NCBI GenBank assembly: GCA_965205505.1
Contig: CBDBHB010000006.1
Location: forward strand, 160,001 to 224,000
Reading direction: 5' to 3'
DNA from: Acidobacteriota bacterium
GTDB lineage: Bacteria > Acidobacteriota > UBA890 > WLXD01
DNA length: 64,000 bases
The number at the start of each line of letters is the position of its first letter. Position 1 is the first letter of the stretch. This document shows, one piece after another, positions 10,595-20,493 of this stretch. Position numbers and translations under genes: made by a program. The notes under the pieces are model-generated. The model was not told where the DNA came from. It saw only the letters and a list, made by a program, of their open reading frames with translations, and searched no databases.

Positions 10595-11229
10595 ACGAAC
10601 AACCTGTCAGCTACAAAAAGAAACTCGATTCGTACCTTTCCGCGCTCGAGACGGAGCTCATGCCCCTACCTGCCTCGGATCGCGTGGAAATCCTCGCCGA
10701 GACACGCAGTCATTTTCTGGAGCGACTCCGACCGTCGGACGACATTGCGACGTTCGACCGGGTTGCCGCGCAGTTGGGGAGACCTGCCGAGTACGCGCGC
10801 CGCTTCCGCGACAACTACGAGATCAACCTGGCATTGGCCAGCGGCTCGGTGCTGTTGATGCTCCGCAAGGCGGCGTCCCTGGTGGGCCGCGGCGTGGTGG
10901 CCTTCTTCGGCTTTCTGAGCTTCGCGGTCCTCGCGGGGTTGAGCGTCACGTTCGTCGTGCTGGCGGCGCTCAAACCGCTGTTTCCAGACAACATCGGGCT
11001 GTGGACCTTTGCCGACGAGTTTCATCTGAACTTCTCGTATATCGAGCCGGGTCCGCGCGACATCGAGCTGCTGGGCTGGTGGTTCATCCCTGTCACGCTG
11101 CTGCTAGCGCTGCTGATGTACGTGGCTCTGCGAACGCTATTGCCGCGGTTCTTGCGCTTCCTACGGCCAGAATCGGGTCCAAGAGACGGAGAGCTCTCAC
11201 TCCCGATCCAGGAGAAAGCCGATGGATAG
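10591..11229 (+). CDS. HAAS/DUF1700-like membrane protein
   Basis: YL..L...L..LP..DR.EIL.E and LG.P..YA pattern, followed by TM helices; directly follows padR. Confidence 0.75.
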   Translation: MNEQPVSYKKKLDSYLSALETELMPLPASDRVEILAETRSHFLERLRPSDDIATFDRVAAQLGRPAEYARRFRDNYEINLALASGSVLLMLRKAASLVGRGVVAFFGFLSFAVLAGLSVTFVVLAALKPLFPDNIGLWTFADEFHLNFSYIEPGPRDIELLGWWFIPVTLLLALLMYVALRTLLPRFLRFLRPESGPRDGELSLPIQEKADG

Positions 11230-13774
11230 TCTCTGGCAGGATTTTCGCTACGCGACCCGCATGCTGACGAAGAACCCGGGATTCACGACCATCGCGGTGC
11301 TGGTGCTCGCGCTCGGAATCGGCGCCAACGCGGCCACCTTCATGCTGACCAACTCGCTGCTGCTGCGGCCGATCCACGCGGACAACGCGAACGAGCTCGT
11401 GGCGCTTTACAGCAAGCACACGACGCGGCCCAACTCCTATCGGCCGTTTTCGTATCCGAACTTCGAGGACATCCGCGAGCTCAACACCACGTTCACGAGC
11501 GTCATGGCCCAGGATATGACGCTGGTCGGCTTGGCCGATGGCGACGTGACGCGCCGTGTCTTCGCCCAGTTCGCCTCCCACGACTACTTCAAGACCTTCG
11601 GCGTGAACGCCTTTCGCGGCCGTTTTTTCGCTCCGGCCGAAGAGGTGCCCGGCAGTGGCACTCCCGTGGTCGTCGTGAGCTACCAGTATTGGATCAAGGC
11701 CGGCTCGGATCCGGAACTGGTAGGCAAGACGCCGACGGTGAACGGTCAGGCGCTCACCATCGTCGGCATCGCCCCGCGCTACTTCACCGGGCGCATTGCG
11801 ATCATGTCGCCGGGGCTCTACCTGCCTTTCGGCATGCACCACTTGCTAACGAGCGACATGTTCACCGAGAGTGATCGCTTGCTCGGCGACCGCGACAATC
11901 ACCGGCTGTTCCTGGTCGGGCGCCTGCAGCCGGGCCTGACGATCGAGGAAGCCGACGCGCAGCTGGGCACGCTTGCGGCGCATATGGAAGAGACATTCCC
12001 GGCGATCAATGAGGACCAGACGATAGTCGTCGGGCCGCTCGCCCGGCTCTCGATCAGCACCTCACCGCCTGACGAGGTCCAGCTAACGCTCCTGGCGGTC
12101 GTGCTGCTGGCAATGACCGGCATCGTCCTGCTCATCGCCTGCGTCAACCTGGCCAACATGCTGCTCGCCCGTGGCGCGGCGCGGCGCAGGGAGTTCGCCA
12201 TCCGCGCCGCGATCGGCGGCGGGCGTGGGCGGATCATGCGTCAACTGCTGACCGAGGGGCTGGTTCTGTCGGCTCTCGGCGGGACTGCCGGCCTCGTGGT
12301 GGCGTACTGGGTCAACAGCCTGCTCGGCACCTCGATCAACCAGCTCATGGTGATGAACGGCCTGGCGATGGACCTCGTCCTGCGCTCGGCTCCCGACGCG
12401 CGCATCCTGCTGGCGACGGCCGCCTTCTGCATGCTCGGCACCCTGCTGTTCGGGTTCGGCCCGGCCTGGAAACAGTCGCGACCGGACGTCATGCAGGACC
12501 TCAAGAAGCAAACCGGGGAGGCGACTGGCAACGGCAAGCGGCGGGGCCTATTTGCGCCGCGCAACCTGCTGGTAGTCACCCAGCTGGCGCTGTCGATGGT
12601 TCTGCTGACCTCCGCCGGCTTGTTCATCCGTGGCTCCCTCGAAGCAGCGGCGGTCGATCCGGGGTTCAGCCGCGACAACGGGATTCTCGTCGAGGTCGAT
12701 CCCAGCCTCGTGGGCTATGACGATGCGCGCAGCAAGGAACTGTACCGAGCCCTCCACGAGCGCTTCACCAGCATTCCGGGGATCGAGTCGGCGAGTGTGG
12801 CGGCAACGGTGCCCTTCGGCACGGTCTCCTCGGGCCAACGCGTGCGACGGGCCGAGGATCTGCCGGGGTCTGATAGCGACGGTATCGACGAGATCGAGAC
12901 GGTCGGGGCAACCTCGAACATCATTGGCGCTGACTATTTCGATGCGCTCGGCGTGCCGGTCACACGCGGGCGCAGCTTCACGCGCAAGGAGACCGAGTCC
13001 GATAGTGGGCCGAAGGTGGCCGTCGTCGATGAGCTGCTGGCGGCGCGGCTGTGGCCTGACGAGAATCCCATCGGTCGTCAGATCGGCTTCGGCCGCGAGC
13101 GCAGTGCCCGCGGCGACGACTTGGAGGTGGTCGGGGTGGTGGCGACAATGCGCGATGATCTCTTTCCCGCCGAGCCCAGGCCACACGTCTATGTCCCGTT
13201 CGGCCAGGACTTCCAGGCAGGCATGAACATCCACCTGCGCACGTCGGCAACGGACGCCGAATCGCTTGCCCTGATGCTGCAGGCGGTGCGACGCGAGATC
13301 CGGGCCGTCGACGATCAGCTACCGATCATGAACCTCAAGACGCTGAAGGGACACATTCGTGAGAGCGCCAGCCTGTGGCTGGTCCGACTCGGGGCCAGCA
13401 TCTTCAGCACCTTCGGCGTCCTCGCCCTGTTCCTGGCCGTCGTCGGTGTCTACGGGGTCAAGGCCTACACGGTGGCGCAACGAACGCGCGAGATCGGCAT
13501 CCGCAAGGCGCTCGGCGCAACATCAGGAGACACCCTGTGGCTGATCGTGCGCGAGGGCTTGATCCTGACAGCCGCGGGCCTAGTGCTCGGAATCGTTCTG
13601 GCCGCCGGCGTGGCTCGACTCCTGAGCAGCATGCTGTACGAGGTGAGCGCCCTCGACCCGCTGGCCTTTCTCGTGGCCCCCGCGATCCTGGCGGCCGCGT
13701 CGCTGGTTGCCATCTACCTGCCGGCAAGGCGAGCGGCAGGCGTTGCCCCGATCAGGGCGCTGCGGCACGAATGA
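11222..13774 (+). CDS. Duplicated MacB/FtsX ABC permease (ADOP family)
   Basis: WQDFRYA.RML.KNPGFT, LLIACVNLANMLLARG, REIGIRKALGA and PIRALRHE; no adjacent ATPase gene. Confidence 0.9.
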   Translation: MDSLWQDFRYATRMLTKNPGFTTIAVLVLALGIGANAATFMLTNSLLLRPIHADNANELVALYSKHTTRPNSYRPFSYPNFEDIRELNTTFTSVMAQDMTLVGLADGDVTRRVFAQFASHDYFKTFGVNAFRGRFFAPAEEVPGSGTPVVVVSYQYWIKAGSDPELVGKTPTVNGQALTIVGIAPRYFTGRIAIMSPGLYLPFGMHHLLTSDMFTESDRLLGDRDNHRLFLVGRLQPGLTIEEADAQLGTLAAHMEETFPAINEDQTIVVGPLARLSISTSPPDEVQLTLLAVVLLAMTGIVLLIACVNLANMLLARGAARRREFAIRAAIGGGRGRIMRQLLTEGLVLSALGGTAGLVVAYWVNSLLGTSINQLMVMNGLAMDLVLRSAPDARILLATAAFCMLGTLLFGFGPAWKQSRPDVMQDLKKQTGEATGNGKRRGLFAPRNLLVVTQLALSMVLLTSAGLFIRGSLEAAAVDPGFSRDNGILVEVDPSLVGYDDARSKELYRALHERFTSIPGIESASVAATVPFGTVSSGQRVRRAEDLPGSDSDGIDEIETVGATSNIIGADYFDALGVPVTRGRSFTRKETESDSGPKVAVVDELLAARLWPDENPIGRQIGFGRERSARGDDLEVVGVVATMRDDLFPAEPRPHVYVPFGQDFQAGMNIHLRTSATDAESLALMLQAVRREIRAVDDQLPIMNLKTLKGHIRESASLWLVRLGASIFSTFGVLALFLAVVGVYGVKAYTVAQRTREIGIRKALGATSGDTLWLIVREGLILTAAGLVLGIVLAAGVARLLSSMLYEVSALDPLAFLVAPAILAAASLVAIYLPARRAAGVAPIRALRHE

Positions 13775-13874
13775 GACCGAACTTGGCGCCGAGCCACGCC
13801 GGGTTTTTGGTCTCGTCCTTCGGAGCACAGTACGGATGGTACTCAGGTGGCCAGCCTCGACGAGGTCGAGAGGA

Positions 13875-14005
13875 GGTACTGTCAAGTTAAGCTGATTATT
13901 GCCCGCTTAGGCGCCTCGCCCAGACCGCAAAGGCCCGAATACCAGGGGTGTCCTGTCGTACGGGTCACGCGTTTCTTGCCGATTTCGAGTTAACTTGACA
14001 GTACC
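13875..14005 (+). mobile_element. 131-bp MITE-like element, copy 3
   Basis: Perfect 16-bp terminal inverted repeats GGTACTGTCAAGTTAA / TTAACTTGACAGTACC. Confidence 0.85.
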
Positions 14006-14146
14006 CTTTCAGTTGCTCGCCCACACGTCCGCATGCCGTTGTGATAGCGGTGGCGCCGACAGCGACACCGGTGCGAGCGGCCCAGCGCTGTCGTCCACGA
14101 ACCGGGGCGGGTACAGTGCGATGAGCCTGTTTCGGTCCCCTGAATC

Positions 14147-15757
14147 ATGAGGCCCATGCGTAAACCAACCGCCGTTGTCGCCGCTATCGTGGTCGTCGTC
14201 AGCCTGTCGCCCCTTTCCAGCGCTGTTTCAATCGCTGCCGACGATGCGATGCAGGCGCGGATCCTGGCCGAGGGAATGGACCGCTCGGAGATCATGCGTA
14301 CGCTGCATTTCCTCACCGATCGGTACGGTCCGCGGCTGACCGGGTCGCCGAATCTACGTCTCGCCGGCGAGTGGGCCGTGCGGCAGATGGTGTCGTGGGG
14401 ACTGACCAACGGTCACCTGGAACCGTTCGATTTCGGACGCCCCGGGTGGGCGACGGAACGGCACTCCGTGTTCCTCGTATCGCCGGTCCAGGACACCCTC
14501 GTGGCCGAGGTGCTGGCGTGGACGCCGAGCACCAAAGGCACCGTGCGGACCAGCGTGGTTCACATGGAGCCGGCCGCCGCGGAACAGCCGACCGCCGAGG
14601 AGCTCGATGAGCACCTGGCCGGGTACGCTCAACAGGTTCGCGGGCGCATCGTGCTGGTTGGGGCTCCGGCGGCCCTCGGGGTGGAGTTCGACCCGGCGCT
14701 CAAGCGTCGTGCCGACGACGAGGTCCAGCGCAGGGTGGACCCCACCATCCCGCCCGAGGAGCGGCGGGGCTTGCCGCGTCGCGAGCCACCTGAGCGTCCC
14801 GAAGGCGCTTTGTCGACACGCGAGGTCAGTGCACGGATCGACGAGTTTCTGGTCGAGAACGGCGCCGCGGTGCGTATCAACGACGCAGGTCGCCGGCACG
14901 GCCAGATCCGCGCTTTCAGCAATCGCACCTATGACGCCGACAAGGCAGTGCCGACTCTGGTGATGCGTAACGAGGACTACGGCCGCATCGTGCGCCTGGT
15001 CGCCGACGGCGACGAGGTGCAGCTCGAGGTGCAGATCATCAACCGCTGGTATCCCGAGGGCGCGACGTCATACAACGCGGTTGCCGAGATCCGTGGAACC
15101 GAGATGCCGGATGAAGTGGTGATGCTCGGCGGCCACCTCGATTCGTGGCACTCGGCCACGGGCGCTACCGACAACGCTACGGGCTGCTCCATCATGCTGG
15201 AAGCGGCGCGGATTCTAGCGGCGCTCGACGTCGAGCCGCGACGCACGATACGAGTGGCCTTGTGGGGCGGCGAGGAACAGGGGCTGCTGGGCTCACAGGC
15301 CTACGTGGCGCAGCATTTCGGTTCCTTCGAGGAGCCCAAGCCCGGTTACGACAAGTTCGGCGGCTACTTGAACATCGATTCTGGCACCGGGCGGCCGCGC
15401 GGCGCCTCGGTGTTCGGCCCACCGGAGACCGGCGACATCCTGCGTGCGATCCTGGCGCCGCTCGCGGAGCTGGGAGTGGCGGGTGGGATCGATACCGCCA
15501 GCCGACGGCGCGGCGGCACCGACTCCACGTCGTTCAATGCTGCTGGGCTGCCCGGCATAGGTTTTTTCCAGGATCCGATCGAGTACGGTAGCCACACGTG
15601 GCACACCAACCTCGATACCTACGAGCGAGTCGTCGAAGACGACGTCAAGGCGGCGGCCGTTGTGATCGCCTCGACGGTCTACGAGCTGGCTATGCGCGAC
15701 GAGCTACTGCCGCGCTTCAGCGCGGAAGAGATGCCAGCGCCGGCGCCACCGCGTTAG
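14147..15757 (+). CDS. Exported M28-family peptidase (carboxypeptidase Q-like)
   Basis: GPRLTGS, GGHLDSW, GATDNA and GEEQGLLGS; signal peptide. Confidence 0.9.
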   Translation: MRPMRKPTAVVAAIVVVVSLSPLSSAVSIAADDAMQARILAEGMDRSEIMRTLHFLTDRYGPRLTGSPNLRLAGEWAVRQMVSWGLTNGHLEPFDFGRPGWATERHSVFLVSPVQDTLVAEVLAWTPSTKGTVRTSVVHMEPAAAEQPTAEELDEHLAGYAQQVRGRIVLVGAPAALGVEFDPALKRRADDEVQRRVDPTIPPEERRGLPRREPPERPEGALSTREVSARIDEFLVENGAAVRINDAGRRHGQIRAFSNRTYDADKAVPTLVMRNEDYGRIVRLVADGDEVQLEVQIINRWYPEGATSYNAVAEIRGTEMPDEVVMLGGHLDSWHSATGATDNATGCSIMLEAARILAALDVEPRRTIRVALWGGEEQGLLGSQAYVAQHFGSFEEPKPGYDKFGGYLNIDSGTGRPRGASVFGPPETGDILRAILAPLAELGVAGGIDTASRRRGGTDSTSFNAAGLPGIGFFQDPIEYGSHTWHTNLDTYERVVEDDVKAAAVVIASTVYELAMRDELLPRFSAEEMPAPAPPR

Positions 15758-16066
15758 ACAATTCCCCCGGGAGTTCGGGGCGCAGGACAGCAATTCCCTG
15801 CCCGGCGACTCGGCGTGCACCCCCTGCAAAACGCGATTGCGGCCCACATCGCCTCAAAGACAGAAAGAAAAGACGCGGATAGTAAGCTGGATCTCCGAGA
15901 GAAAAATAACGCAAATCGTTAACCCATAGTAGTTTGACGGTTATTTCGTTTGTTTGACTCTTGTCTTAATCAGCGGACAAGTTCCATAGTGTTTTGCGTA
16001 TTGTTACCTATGTCTAATGGTAGTGGCGTTGTGGAGATATAGGAATTCGCAAATCGAGAGACAAAA

Positions 16067-16808
16067 ATAGTACACAAGAAGATCAACCACTCGGTTCCGA
16101 AGCCAGCCTACGTTTCTTTCAGGACGTTCTCGAACTTCCTGCGTCGATTCAAGGCCACTGACACGGGGCTTCCAGCCCAGATAGACCGTTCCGTTCTCGG
16201 TGGCATGTCGGGCTCCAATCAGAGCGCACTGCTCGGGGCGCTAGAGTTTCTTCGCCTGACAGACGCTTAACGGACATGTCACAGGGTGGCTGAAAGATCT
16301 CGTCGAAGCCGTCGACGACGAGAACGAGTGGAGAAAGTGCCTCGCACGTGTTTTCAACGAGGCCTACTCGCCGATTCTCGGGTCCGTTGACCTTGGTTCG
16401 GCCACTGGCAACATGGTGCGGGCTGCTTTTAAGGAGAACGGCGGGGTCGACGGCCATACGGCCACAAAGGCAATCGGGTTCTGTTTGAAACTCGCGAAAG
16501 AGTCCGCCATCACGGTCTCGCCGCACATCAAAGTGAGCCTACCGGGCCAGCCCAAGGTTACGCGGAAGAAGTCGAAGAAGACCTCACGCAAACCTCCTAG
16601 CAACAGCGACGAGGGAAAAGGGGCGAGCGATTCAAAGAAGCTCGTTCCACCGACACCCGAGGGACTTACATCAATCGTTGTCGCATATCCGGGAATCGGC
16701 GAGGGGATCGTCCAATTGCCCGCCGATTTCACTGAGGCGCACGTCGACTATGTTTCGGCGGTCTTGAAAGGCTACGTCACGCTCCGCGATGGCGGCGATG
16801 GGAATTGA
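16067..16808 (+). pseudogene. DUF5343-like protein, frameshifted near 16268, in a lower-GC segment
   Basis: Hand translation PAYVSFRTFSNFL..PAQIDRSVLGGMSGSNQSALLGALEFL continues, after a +1 shift, into ORF 16413-16808. Confidence 0.55.
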
Positions 16809-17059
16809 TGGCGATGGGCCGGACGCGAACCCGTTCAGTACAGACGGCAATAAGCTCGACAGTTGCTAGCCGGGGGGCCGATACCCTCCAGCCGGCTGGG
16901 GTCCAATCCCTGTCGGGGCGGGTTTCCAACGCCCGCGCGTCCGGCCATCGTTCGCCCTTTGAATCGATCTCACCCGTCCGTTCAATTGGACGGGAACTGA
17001 TCGACCAGCAGAATCCAAAGAATGCCACCGGCTCGCGGATAATGCCAGCTTGTCGAAGC

Positions 17060-19180
17060 TCAGTGAAATTCTCGCGGAATCGTCTCGTCCCAGGTCTTCT
17101 CACGCAGCAGCTCGCCGTTCTCGAAGAGCCTGCGCGTGTAGACGTAGTAGAAGTTCTCGAGGTCGGTGTGGAAATCGAGGACCGCCTCGAAGAGTAGCTC
17201 GCGATCGTCGACGAGGATCGTCCTCGAGTACTTGGTACGCACGGAAGTGTCGGCCGGATCGTGCTTGTTCGTCGAGTGGGTGATCTTCTGCGACGTATGG
17301 GCCTGCGCCCAGGGATACTGAGTTCCGCCGCTGTTCGTCGCCACCAGCGTCGCCTTTCCGGTCTCCTCGTCGTAGACGAGGCCCTCGACCTCCGCGTACC
17401 CGGATGTCGTCGGCTCGCCCTCGGCGGCGGCTAGGCGGCCGTAGCCTGGCAGCCGCGGTCCGCGCGCTGCCGGAGGCAGGAACTCAGGCGCCGGGCGATC
17501 CTCGTACGGGATCACCGGCAGAACCATGTGTGTAGCGCTCTCGCCGCCGAGACGAAGTGAAGTGGTCATCGCGTACGGCGTCGGCCAGAACATCGGCCAC
17601 TGGGAGTTGGTAACGGCGACGCGAATCCGGTGCCCGGGCTGGAAGACCCACGAGGTGAAGTGGAGCTCGATCTCGAACGCGTACTCGCGACCGGGCTCGA
17701 GCGCCTCCGGGGTTTGCGAGGAGTCTCGATGCGCGCCGTTGAACCCGGCGCCGGCGACCTGGGTCACCGAGCCTTCCGGAGCGATGTCGGACAGCCGCAC
17801 CACCCAACTCGCCAGCGGCGCATCGGCAGAGGCGTTCAGGAAGGCTCGCGGAAATCCGAGGATCTCGACTTCCTCGTCGAGCGGCGCGCTGTCGTAGACC
17901 AGGCTGGCGTCGTCCATCGGTTGCTGGTCAGGCGTGAGGTCACCCCACCACATCACCGGGCCGCCGCCCTCCATGCCGACCGTCGGGTCGTATTCGAGGG
18001 AGTGCGTGCCGGCGCGCGGGGCGCCCTCGCCGAGCGAGTTGTCCGCGCCAAGGAACATGTCGCGGTACTCGGTGCGCTCGAGCGGGAAGCTCTCCTCGAA
18101 GCGCCATTCTCCGGGGATCTCCTCCAACGACACGTCTGGTGGATACCAGTTGCGTACATAGACCGCGAACGCTGGCTCGTCCATGATCCCGGTGTCCTCG
18201 CCCTTGAGCCACTGGTCGTACCAGCGCACCGCCTCGTGGCGCCACTCCATCTGCGGTTTCGGATAGCCACTGTGCGGCAGCGAGTGGGCCCAGGGTCCCA
18301 CCATCGCCTTCACCGGCGCGTCCATATGCTCAAGCATGCGCGGCACGCTGTCGCGATACCCGTCGTACCAGCCCCCGATCACGAACGTGGGGATCTTGAT
18401 CGAGTCATATCGTGTGTTGAGTGAGGCGCGGTCCCAGAACGGCCCGTCCAGCTGCTGCGACTTGTAGATCAGCATCCACGGCCTGGTGTCGAAGCGGTTC
18501 TCGAAGTACGCATCGTCGATGATGTAGTCGGGCCCTGCCGGCACGGTGTTGGCCAGATCCTGGCCGGCCTCGTAGGCGTCGATGTAAGCGATGCCGTCCA
18601 TGTAGTGGACGTCGTCTTCGTACAGATCGTCGGTGGCCTCGATGGCGATGATCGCCTTGAGCGCCGGCGGGTTGCGCATTGCCATGTGGATGGAGTTGAA
18701 GCCGCCCCAAGAGATGCCGAACATGCCGACGTTGCCGTTGGAAAACGGCTGCTTGGAGAGCCAGTCGATGACGACCTCGCCGTCCTCCTGCTCCTGATCG
18801 GTGTACTCGTACTCGATCAGCTTGCCCTCGCTGTTGCCGCTGCCGCGGATGTCGACCCGTGCGACGACGTAGCCGTGCTCGAGGAAGTAGGAGTACATCG
18901 AGTAGTTGCGCGATCGCGATTCGTTCTTTCGATAGGGGAGGTACTCCAGCAGCACCGGGTACGTTGCTTCGGCGTTGGTGTCCTCGGGAACCCAGAGGTC
19001 GGCGGCTAGCCGTACGCCGTCAGGCATTGGGATCCACGCCTCGCGAAACTCGATCCCGTCGTCGGCCAGCGAGCCGTCGAGGTCGGAGCTGCCCGACGAG
19101 CTTGGCGCGCAAGCCGTCGAGACAATGACTACGGAGGCGAGCAGGAGCGGAACGCCTCGGCCGATGACAGGTGCTTTCAC
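17060..19180 (-). CDS. CocE/NonD family serine hydrolase (lipoprotein)
   Basis: DGVRLAAD, YLPYRK, GMFGISWGG nucleophile elbow, GGWYDGY and GPWAH. Confidence 0.9.
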   Translation of the reverse strand: MKAPVIGRGVPLLLASVVIVSTACAPSSSGSSDLDGSLADDGIEFREAWIPMPDGVRLAADLWVPEDTNAEATYPVLLEYLPYRKNESRSRNYSMYSYFLEHGYVVARVDIRGSGNSEGKLIEYEYTDQEQEDGEVVIDWLSKQPFSNGNVGMFGISWGGFNSIHMAMRNPPALKAIIAIEATDDLYEDDVHYMDGIAYIDAYEAGQDLANTVPAGPDYIIDDAYFENRFDTRPWMLIYKSQQLDGPFWDRASLNTRYDSIKIPTFVIGGWYDGYRDSVPRMLEHMDAPVKAMVGPWAHSLPHSGYPKPQMEWRHEAVRWYDQWLKGEDTGIMDEPAFAVYVRNWYPPDVSLEEIPGEWRFEESFPLERTEYRDMFLGADNSLGEGAPRAGTHSLEYDPTVGMEGGGPVMWWGDLTPDQQPMDDASLVYDSAPLDEEVEILGFPRAFLNASADAPLASWVVRLSDIAPEGSVTQVAGAGFNGAHRDSSQTPEALEPGREYAFEIELHFTSWVFQPGHRIRVAVTNSQWPMFWPTPYAMTTSLRLGGESATHMVLPVIPYEDRPAPEFLPPAARGPRLPGYGRLAAAEGEPTTSGYAEVEGLVYDEETGKATLVATNSGGTQYPWAQAHTSQKITHSTNKHDPADTSVRTKYSRTILVDDRELLFEAVLDFHTDLENFYYVYTRRLFENGELLREKTWDETIPREFH

Positions 19181-20493
19181 TGTTGATCTCCCCTGGGACG
19201 CGGCCTTCCGCTATAGCGTTCGTATAGCCGGTCGTGCTTGTTGTCTCTGGGATCGACGGGCAGCCCAGCGATCACGAGGTGTTCGATCTGTGTGGTGGTC
19301 TCGAGCGGATCGCCATCGCTGATGAACAGGTTGGCGAGCTTGCCGACCTCGATGGTTCCCAGCTGGTCGTCGACGCCGAGGATCTCGGCCGGATTAACCG
19401 TGATCGCGCGTAGCGCATCGTGATGCGAGAGTCCGAACGGGACCGCTTGGGCGGCCTCGTACGGGAGCGTTCGCGCAGCCGATGCGTTGAACGTCGAGAT
19501 AGCGAACCTCACCCCCGCCGAGTGCAACTTCGCCGGCGCGGTGAAGGGTGCATCATAAGGGTCGTCGTCGTTCGTCGGCAGCGCTTGCGTCGGACCGAGA
19601 ATCACCGGCACATCTTTCTCCGCAAGCATCTCTGCAACTTTCCAGGCTTCGCTTCCACCAGCGATGATGATCCGCACATCGTTGCGCTCAGCGAAATCAA
19701 CCGCGTCGCCGATGCCGCGTTCGGTATCGACGTTGACCAGCATCGGCATGTCGCCGCCGGTTACCCAGGCGAGCGCCTCGAGTTTCAGGCTGCGTCGCGT
19801 CGGGTCGTCGCCGACGTCGGCCTCGGCGTATCGGCGCGCGTCGGCGAGCAGTGCCTCGAGATCGGCGATTGACTCGTCGTACAGCTCCTTCGCCTCCTGG
19901 TAGGTTCGGTTGATGCGAGTACGGGTGGCGCGGTCGAAGCTACGTGTCTGGACGGTTGGCCATTGCACCGCCATGTATACGCCGCCCTCGATCAACATCT
20001 CTTCAATCGTCCAGCCGTCCAGATGAATCAACGAGCCCTGCCCGGCGATCCCCGGGCCCTGCGGGGCGGCAACCGCATGGGTGAGGCCGTTCGAGCGGCT
20101 CACTGGCAGAATCTCGCTGGCGGGATGCACGGCCGTCGCTCCCCGGAGTTGCGGGTTGTTCTCGCCCAGCTCGCGAAAGTCCGATGTAACCGCCACCGCG
20201 CCGATCTCCGTAAGCCCCAAGCGCGTCACCGCGTCGAACAAGCCAGGAAATACCTGCAGGTCGCTGACGTCGATCACCTGGGCGCCGGAGGGGATCATGG
20301 TGTCGGGGCCGCCGACAGCAGTGATATGGCCATTCCGAATCACTACGATGCCGTTGTCGATGGCGTTCTCGTCCACCATCGTGTGGACGCGGCCGCCGCG
20401 GATCACCAGAGTTTCTTGTTGCGCGGACGCCGCCGAGCCGACTAGCACGAGGGCGGCCGCGGCCAAAGCGGACCTCATTGTTCTCATCTTCAT
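19177..20493 (-). CDS. Amidohydrolase-fold protein lacking the HxH metal motif
   Basis: PGLFDAVT in place of PGxIDxHxH; TVNPAEILG and GTIEVGKLAN. Confidence 0.8.
   Translation of the reverse strand: MKMRTMRSALAAAALVLVGSAASAQQETLVIRGGRVHTMVDENAIDNGIVVIRNGHITAVGGPDTMIPSGAQVIDVSDLQVFPGLFDAVTRLGLTEIGAVAVTSDFRELGENNPQLRGATAVHPASEILPVSRSNGLTHAVAAPQGPGIAGQGSLIHLDGWTIEEMLIEGGVYMAVQWPTVQTRSFDRATRTRINRTYQEAKELYDESIADLEALLADARRYAEADVGDDPTRRSLKLEALAWVTGGDMPMLVNVDTERGIGDAVDFAERNDVRIIIAGGSEAWKVAEMLAEKDVPVILGPTQALPTNDDDPYDAPFTAPAKLHSAGVRFAISTFNASAARTLPYEAAQAVPFGLSHHDALRAITVNPAEILGVDDQLGTIEVGKLANLFISDGDPLETTTQIEHLVIAGLPVDPRDNKHDRLYERYSGRPRPRGDQQ

Noticed and set aside
5496-14005. 131-bp elements as integron attC sites
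   Set aside because: They have IS-like terminal inverted repeats and mixed orientation, lack the RYYYAAC...GTTRRRY layout, and no integrase is in the window.
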